Shown here: one piece after another, positions 45,325 through 50,361 of the stretch
How the letters are laid out: each line of letters begins with the position of its first letter
Position numbering within the stretch: position 1 is the first letter of the stretch
IMG/VR virus record: IMGVR_UViG_3300009506_000050
Span: 1-50,361 of that record
Direction: 5' to 3' (one strand)
DNA: 50,361 nucleotides
Source: a virus
Lineage: Duplodnaviria; Caudoviricetes
Made by a program: the position numbers and the translations under genes
Notes under the pieces: model-generated
Database searches by the model: none
What the model was told of the DNA's origin: nothing
The model's input: the letters and a program-made list of their open reading frames with translations, nothing else

Positions 45325-45354
45325 TTGACAAGGGATATATTTCTGTGTTATTAT
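45325..45354 (+). promoter_or_regulatory. Promoter TTGACA-18-TATTAT for the accessory cassette
   Basis: Spacer AGGGATATAT resembles the promoters at 5134 and 13807. Confidence 0.7.
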
Positions 45355-45401
45355 TAATCAAGATGAAGGACAGAGAAAACATAAACACGGAGGGCAGGGC
45401 A

Positions 45402-45656
45402 ATGGCAAGACAGGAAAGCATAGAGAAATTCGAAACAGCAATGGATGAAATTGGCATGGGTATTGGCGAAGAAGAAATGGCGATTTCAAGAGAGCCTATT
45501 GATAACTTCATAGCCCGCTGGGGCCAGCCCCATGAAATAGAAAACGGAATAAGCATATGGCATAATCTCCAAGTTGCCAAAGGCAAAAGGTGTGGCGATC
45601 TCTATGTCATGAGCACGGAAGATGGAACGTTATCTTATTTCGACGGTGAGTATTAA
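45402..45656 (+). CDS. Small acidic accessory protein
   Basis: SD GGAGGG; first gene after the promoter. Confidence 0.65.
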   Translation: MARQESIEKFETAMDEIGMGIGEEEMAISREPIDNFIARWGQPHEIENGISIWHNLQVAKGKRCGDLYVMSTEDGTLSYFDGEY

Positions 45657-45676
45657 AAATTAATAAGGAGGGCAAC

Positions 45677-45949
45677 ATGGGAAAAGCTGCCATTTTCAGG
45701 CTAAATGAAGTGGAAAAAGAAACCATCAGAGAGGCTTGGGCCTGGCTTGGGGGCCGTAGGCAATTCGTCATGACACATAATCATGACGGCAAAGAGGAGC
45801 CAATAGAAGTCGCGTACAGGGCTTACGCAGTCATGGCCAGCGGCGGATTCGTTTCCAATCGCTCAAGGCTGCTTCCGGGCTGCATAAGGATTGACGAGCT
45901 TTTAAGGGAAGTGAATGAGCGGCTAGGAATCGGATACTTAACCATCTAA
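45677..45949 (+). CDS. Hypothetical protein
   Basis: SD AAGGAGG. Confidence 0.65.
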   Translation: MGKAAIFRLNEVEKETIREAWAWLGGRRQFVMTHNHDGKEEPIEVAYRAYAVMASGGFVSNRSRLLPGCIRIDELLREVNERLGIGYLTI

Positions 45950-45969
45950 AACCAAAGGAGGACGCGGAT

Positions 45970-46377
45970 ATGAGAGAGAAAAAGTATGAATTAACCGATG
46001 AGGTAAAAAGTTTCGGCAACATAACACTTTATCGAATCAGAGCGCTTCGGGATTTCATGAACATCAAAAAAGGAGAAGTTGGAGGATTCATCGAAAAAGA
46101 ATCCAATCTAAGCCACTCCGGGGATGCTTGGGTCTACGGGAATGCCGAGGTCTACGGGGATGCCAAGGTCTAAGGGGATGCCAAGGTCTACGGGAATGCC
46201 ATAAATATTATCGGATATGAGTACCGGATCACTCTTACAGATAATCACATGGCAATTGGCTGTGAAATGCATACCTTCACTGAATGGCGGAAGTCGTATA
46301 AGGCTATATGCAGGAAGCATAATAAGAAAGAATGGGAATCAAGAATACTGGCCATTCTTGATATGGCGGGAAAGTGA
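45970..46377 (+). pseudogene. Left-handed beta-helix (VYGDA repeat) protein with an internal TAA
   Basis: KKYELT...LYRIRALRDF..KKG..GG.IE.E.NL; TAA at 46171-46173 replaces TAC; frame continues to TGA 46377. Confidence 0.75.
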
Positions 46378-46622
46378 GGACAAAGCAAGCGATGGCAAAG
46401 CACACGAATTCAGAAATGGCAATTGAGTATGACGGAAGCCTTTGTCTCGGCGGCCAGGTTGTAACAACCAGCTATGGAATCGCCCCGGATACCGCAAGCC
46501 GTGAAGAGCGTAATGCTAATCATGCAAGGATAGCCGCCCTCTGGAATGCGGCCCATGGCATGAGCACGGAAGAGGCCGTCGCGCTTCTTAACTGCTGGGC
46601 TGATGGCCTTCGGAGGGGATAA
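46374..46622 (+). CDS. Hypothetical protein
   Basis: ANHARI.A.WNA..GMSTE pattern common in small phage proteins. Confidence 0.6.
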   Translation: MRTKQAMAKHTNSEMAIEYDGSLCLGGQVVTTSYGIAPDTASREERNANHARIAALWNAAHGMSTEEAVALLNCWADGLRRG

Positions 46623-46652
46623 AAACGGAAAGCATCTGAAAGGAGAAAAAGC

Positions 46653-46952
46653 ATGATAGAACGTATTAAGGAAATGTGGGAAGAAGACTGGATGAACGTA
46701 GCTGGGCACGGATTTTTTGCCTTATGCTTAGTGGCCTTGCTTATTTGTTTTTGGGCGCTTTATAAGGAAGGCCAAAAGTGGGAGATGTTTAAAGCAGAGC
46801 ATAATTGCCGCGTTGTTGCTAAGGTTTCAGGCGAAATGTTCACTGGGGTTGCGCCTGTTGTAGGAGGTGAAGGAGGCGTGGGGATTATAATTAGTTCCAC
46901 GCCTTCTAAAACAGGATGGTTATGCGATGACGGAGTGACTTATTACAGATGA
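46653..46952 (+). CDS. Membrane-anchored hypothetical protein
   Basis: TM helix, W..FK..H.C.VV, WLCDDGVTYYR. Confidence 0.7.
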   Translation: MIERIKEMWEEDWMNVAGHGFFALCLVALLICFWALYKEGQKWEMFKAEHNCRVVAKVSGEMFTGVAPVVGGEGGVGIIISSTPSKTGWLCDDGVTYYR

Positions 46953-47428
46953 CGTCAGCAGAAAAAAACAACGGAGGACAAACAACCATGAAGAAAACCA
47001 TCATCATTCTGATTCTTTTCCTGATTATGCCGCTGGCCGCCCAGGCCGAGCGCATGGAGTGGAATGCAAAAAAGGTTTCGGCCCTGACGGCCTCGACGCT
47101 CTTCCTGTATGCAGATTACAGGCAGACAAGCAAGATCTGCGCATGGGAAAGACGGTGGAGGGATACTCAGGAATTCTATCGGTATGCTCCCCTGGATGCC
47201 AGGATTCGCATGCTTTACAAGACCCATGGAGAAAGCAACAGCTGGTTAGGCCATAAGGCGAAACAGCACAAGGTCAATCAGTATTTCATCAGCATAGAGG
47301 CCCTTTTGATAGGGGCAACATGGTTTCTGGACGATATGCCGGCCCTGGCCATCAATGGCGGAGTAGTATCCGTCCAGTATGACCATGTAAGGCGCAACAT
47401 CAAGGCCGGATGGGGCCTTCAGTTCTGA
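46949..47428 (+). CDS. Secreted/membrane hypothetical protein
   Basis: Signal peptide MKKTII...AQA (probable start 46988), DY.QT, ESN..LG, C-terminal Phe. Confidence 0.65.
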   Translation: MTSAEKNNGGQTTMKKTIIILILFLIMPLAAQAERMEWNAKKVSALTASTLFLYADYRQTSKICAWERRWRDTQEFYRYAPLDARIRMLYKTHGESNSWLGHKAKQHKVNQYFISIEALLIGATWFLDDMPALAINGGVVSVQYDHVRRNIKAGWGLQF

Positions 47429-47434
47429 AAGGGG

Positions 47435-47463
47435 TTGACATCGGCCCAGATAAATGTTAGTCT
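47435..47463 (+). promoter_or_regulatory. Promoter TTGACA-17-TAGTCT with extended TG
   Basis: Consensus -35 box; inverted repeat CTGAAACT/AGTTTCAG (47462-47487) over the start site. Confidence 0.6.
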
Positions 47464-47520
47464 GAAACTACGACCAAGCAGTTTCAGGCGGTATCTATGA
47501 TAGCAAGAAAGGAGGCCGTC

Positions 47521-47532
47521 ATGCACAGGTAA
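47521..47532 (+). other. Minigene ATG CAC AGG TAA (MHR) with a strong SD
   Basis: AAAGGAGG at 47508-47515, 5 nt before ATG. Confidence 0.4.
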
Positions 47533-47560
47533 ACTGATAAATCGAATGAGCGCGAATCCT

Positions 47561-47593
47561 AGCCGTACCCTCCGGGGTACGGCTCTTTTTATT
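47561..47593 (+). terminator. Intrinsic terminator
   Basis: AGCCGTACCC-TCCG-GGGTACGGCT followed by CTTTTTATT. Confidence 0.85.
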
Positions 47594-49592
47594 TCTTGCG
47601 GGATATCTGTTTCTCTATCTGGTCCAGAATCCACATGCGGTTGATGGCCTGTAACTGCCTTGTGTCCACCCTGATTCCCTTTTTCATGGCTATAATCCTG
47701 ATGCGCTCGCGCTCCTGTGCAACCTGTAGATCAAGCCATACATCAGCGGCGCATAAAGCATAAACCCGGCAGTCCAGAGCCTCGTTTGAATATGAACCCT
47801 TATGAAATGAGCCGTCTGCATGCATCTCTTCGGATACCAGCATCTTGAAATAATGCGCGTCATAACCCATGCCCTGAGGGAAATCACAGAAGCCCATCCG
47901 CTGGTCTTTGCCCGGGTCCGTCTCGCGTGGGATTTTCAGATTCCGATAAATGTGCTTTTTGTAATGGTTAGTCGCCACATCATAAAAAATGACATCCCCT
48001 GACCGGACATTCTTCGAGGGCTTGTATTTCATCATGTTATGCTGGCTTGTGACGTCGCCTTCGGTTTCCTTGTTCTTTTTGAAGAAGCCCACGCCCTTTG
48101 AAGGATATATCCATCCGGGGACTATATCTGGCCGCTCCGTAAACTGATAAACAGTATCCATGGTAACGCCATCGGCGGAATCAATAAACATCATGCTCGG
48201 GACAAATACCCTTCCGTCAGAACGCCGATATTTGAATTTCTCGTCAAGGATTGCCCATTGAATAAAGGCCTGCCATGCCCCGCTTGAAGGATCCTTGATG
48301 CCCGGGCCGTCTGGCCAGTCGGGGTCCGTGAATACCTTGTACTCTATGCCCCATGTCCGAAAGTTCTTGCCATGGCCCACGACTTCCATCTCGAGGCGGG
48401 GAGGCTTTGCCAGATTCGTCGCGCTCCCCTGCTGGACGTCCATGCCGACTGAAAGGAATAAAACGCCGTCGGGAATATCCCTTTCGGAATATCCGCCCTT
48501 CATGTCCTCAACAATGATTTTGGGCTTGCTTCCTGATTCCTTGTATGGCAGACCTAGCTGCAGGTTATAGAATGGCGCCATGTCTCCGGAGGCCTTGGCA
48601 TTTAGATATTCCTGATAAATGTTCGTCCAGGTAGCAAGGCCCACGGGGACCATCATTTTCGAGATATGGTATGAGCGATGATTTCGCTGTGTCGGGATGG
48701 CCATGGGGCGCCATTGGCCCCTGGCCAGCATCCACGTTTTGTCTGAATTCAAATGCCTGCCGTCACATTTGGGGCATTTCAGCCAGGCATAATCAAGCAT
48801 TTCATTCTCATCGTAAACGGGTACCAGATGCTTGAATTCCATGAAAAACATGTGGCCGCAGTGTTTGCAGGGGACGAAATACTCCCTCTGGTCCCCGAGC
48901 CTGAATTCCTTGAAGACGAGAGAGCCTTCCCATGTGGTAGGGGTCGAAAAGGCCAGGAGCTTCGCTTTCCATAGGAAGGCCTCGAGTCTGCCGCCCAGGA
49001 CTCGAAGGAAGTTGCCCTCTCCCGATCTCAGCTTCTCGGGGGCCCTGTCTATTTCGTCCGCAATGGCGACTTGAACGGAGTCCGAGGCGAGATCCGAGGG
49101 AGACTGGAGCGAGCCCATCTCCAGTGCACCGCCTCCCATGAAGGTTTTGGATAAAGTCTTGTCCCCCGTGCTCCTGGACTTCGTATCCGTATTCGAAGAT
49201 ACAATGCGATTTCTGAGTCCCATGGATGTGATAAGGGGCTCGAGCCGCTTTGTCCATTTGCCGAGGGCCTTATCGGTAGCCGTGAGGTAAAGCATCTTTG
49301 TCGGCCACCATCGCTGCCATGCCCCGATGACGTTCTCGGCAAGCCATGTAACCGCGGACTGGACAGATTTCATGATCGTGGTCCGCTTCACGGGCGAAGA
49401 CGGACTCATGTTTTCCATTATCTCCAGGAGATAAGGCGTCCTGTAGACGTCGACGATACCGGGGAGGGGAGTCCCGGGGGGCATTATGCGCTTGCCGTGT
49501 ATTGCCTCGGCAATCGTTTCGACTCCCTTTTCCGTCGGCTTCTGATCGACTAGATCCGCCAGAAACTCAATATCGCTAACAGGTAGGGGCAA
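47589..49592 (-). CDS. Terminase large subunit (lambda GpA family)
   Basis: RTPYL.EIM, K..Q Walker-A variant, DEIDR, STPT, GDQR.Y.VPC..CG, GMDVQ, IDS, NEALDCRVYA. Confidence 0.95.
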   Translation of the reverse strand: MPLPVSDIEFLADLVDQKPTEKGVETIAEAIHGKRIMPPGTPLPGIVDVYRTPYLLEIMENMSPSSPVKRTTIMKSVQSAVTWLAENVIGAWQRWWPTKMLYLTATDKALGKWTKRLEPLITSMGLRNRIVSSNTDTKSRSTGDKTLSKTFMGGGALEMGSLQSPSDLASDSVQVAIADEIDRAPEKLRSGEGNFLRVLGGRLEAFLWKAKLLAFSTPTTWEGSLVFKEFRLGDQREYFVPCKHCGHMFFMEFKHLVPVYDENEMLDYAWLKCPKCDGRHLNSDKTWMLARGQWRPMAIPTQRNHRSYHISKMMVPVGLATWTNIYQEYLNAKASGDMAPFYNLQLGLPYKESGSKPKIIVEDMKGGYSERDIPDGVLFLSVGMDVQQGSATNLAKPPRLEMEVVGHGKNFRTWGIEYKVFTDPDWPDGPGIKDPSSGAWQAFIQWAILDEKFKYRRSDGRVFVPSMMFIDSADGVTMDTVYQFTERPDIVPGWIYPSKGVGFFKKNKETEGDVTSQHNMMKYKPSKNVRSGDVIFYDVATNHYKKHIYRNLKIPRETDPGKDQRMGFCDFPQGMGYDAHYFKMLVSEEMHADGSFHKGSYSNEALDCRVYALCAADVWLDLQVAQERERIRIIAMKKGIRVDTRQLQAINRMWILDQIEKQISRKK

Positions 49593-49597
49593 TTAAG

Positions 49598-50275
49598 TTA
49601 AGCCGCTTTTTCCGTCGGGGCAATCTTCTCAGCCCCAAGCTTTATCAGGAATGAATTTTGTTCGCGCTTAATGAGGTTCAATACTCCCATGACTTCCTTG
49701 TCTATGAGATCACATATGCTTCGGACCTTTTCATCTTCATCAATGCCCAGGACCGCAGCGACGTCACTGCTTATTTTCAGGCCTAGCGTCTTCCATTGTC
49801 CATTATCGATCTCATGTATGCCATGGATAAACTTCTGGACCAGAGTTCTTTCAATGAGTTCGCCGCGCTTCTTCTGGTTATCGAGCCTTACTTTATTGAG
49901 CTCTTCCTGCAACTTCTCATTTTTCAGGGAGGTGAATTGCAAAAACTCCTGAAGATCTTCTTCATTTGAGGGAAGGCCCCGGCGTCCATTTTCCTCTGGC
50001 GGTTCCTTATCCTTAGGTTTGGGCGAAGGTTCGGCTTTCTTTTTCTCGGCAGGTTTGCCTTGCGGGCGAGAAAGGGGAGGACCCAGGGCCTTGCCTGGAG
50101 TCGAAGGGGTCCGCAACCAGGCGAGAGTAAGGGGATGATTCAAATCTATCCTGGCCGCCCTGCCCGACCCCTCGACCGGAAGGCGCCCTTCGGATATCGC
50201 CTTCTTGACGGCCTGACGCGTAACTCCTTTTTTTCTCGCTAGTTCTGACTGGTTGACGAGTTTCCGCTCTGGCAT
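49598..50275 (-). CDS. Terminase small subunit (Nu1-like)
   Basis: N-terminal HTH QSELARKKGVTRQAV; coiled coil ending RGELI. Confidence 0.8.
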   Translation of the reverse strand: MPERKLVNQSELARKKGVTRQAVKKAISEGRLPVEGSGRAARIDLNHPLTLAWLRTPSTPGKALGPPLSRPQGKPAEKKKAEPSPKPKDKEPPEENGRRGLPSNEEDLQEFLQFTSLKNEKLQEELNKVRLDNQKKRGELIERTLVQKFIHGIHEIDNGQWKTLGLKISSDVAAVLGIDEDEKVRSICDLIDKEVMGVLNLIKREQNSFLIKLGAEKIAPTEKAA

Positions 50276-50321
50276 GCTTAATTGTAAACCAAGGCCCTGG
50301 CTTTGTCAACCGGTTGACAAA
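50276..50321 (-). promoter_or_regulatory. terS promoter TTGACA-17-TACAAT (leaderless) overlapping a 20-bp palindrome
   Basis: TACAAT 50286-50281, 5 nt, ATG 50275; palindrome TTTGTCAACCGGTTGACAAA at 50302-50321. Confidence 0.7.
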
Positions 50322-50361
50322 ACATCCGCACCCGCTTTTAACCGCGGTCGCGATTCACAAT

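Larger units (their letters stand above)
1..50361. mobile_element. Complete tailed phage genome (lambda-like head, Mu-like contractile tail)
   Basis: Full set of packaging, head, tail, baseplate, lysis and replication genes; 15-nt terminal overlap. Confidence 0.93.

Noticed and set aside
45204-45401. ORF-track starts at 45239 (TTG, gpW) and 45312
   Set aside because: The extensions run through AT-rich promoter DNA; better starts are at 45203 and 45402
45608-46573. 15-bp direct repeat CATGAGCACGGAAGA (45608-45622 and 46559-46573)
   Set aside because: Both copies are inside coding sequence (MSTE) and do not bound a module; no att or recombinase context
1-50361. CRISPR or TIGR-like repeat-spacer array
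   Set aside because: No regularly spaced repeats in any intergenic region by eye; no Cas or Nop-domain gene recognised
1-50361. Genome-wide stop-codon reassignment suggested by two internal stops
   Set aside because: TGA, TAA and TAG all end many intact genes with coupled overlaps, and the two cases involve different codons

Overview
The window looks like a complete, circularly assembled tailed-phage genome: bases 1-15 repeat exactly at 50347-50361. The + strand arm (~1.2-18.6 kb) carries DNA-modification, recombination and replication genes: radical SAM, N6A/N4C and C5 methyltransferases, a minimal ATP-dependent ligase, YqaJ/RecT, DUF5131, primase-helicase, a PAPS-reductase-like protein and an SF2 helicase. 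The - strand arm carries a lambda-like head (TerS, GpA-type TerL, gpW, portal, ClpP protease/scaffold, decoration protein, capsid E) joined to a Mu-like contractile tail, with two tandem tail-fibre paralogues. A lysis/virion block sits between portal and protease, and a + strand accessory cassette sits between terL and gpW. I recognised no integrase, CI repressor, CRISPR array or reverse transcriptase. The least explained signals concern RNA and translation: (1) a tRNA-shaped element plus two further long hairpins after recT; (2) a ~60-nt sRNA candidate, bounded by a promoter and terminator, with an anti-Shine-Dalgarno loop; (3) a stand-alone transcription unit for a 3-codon minigene (MHR); (4) five apparently leaderless genes; (5) an in-frame UGA followed by a SECIS-like hairpin between protease and scaffold; (6) an alternative-frame ORF nested in the C5 methyltransferase that resembles the M.EcoHK31I beta polypeptide. 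All family calls come from motif recognition by eye; no database search was run.
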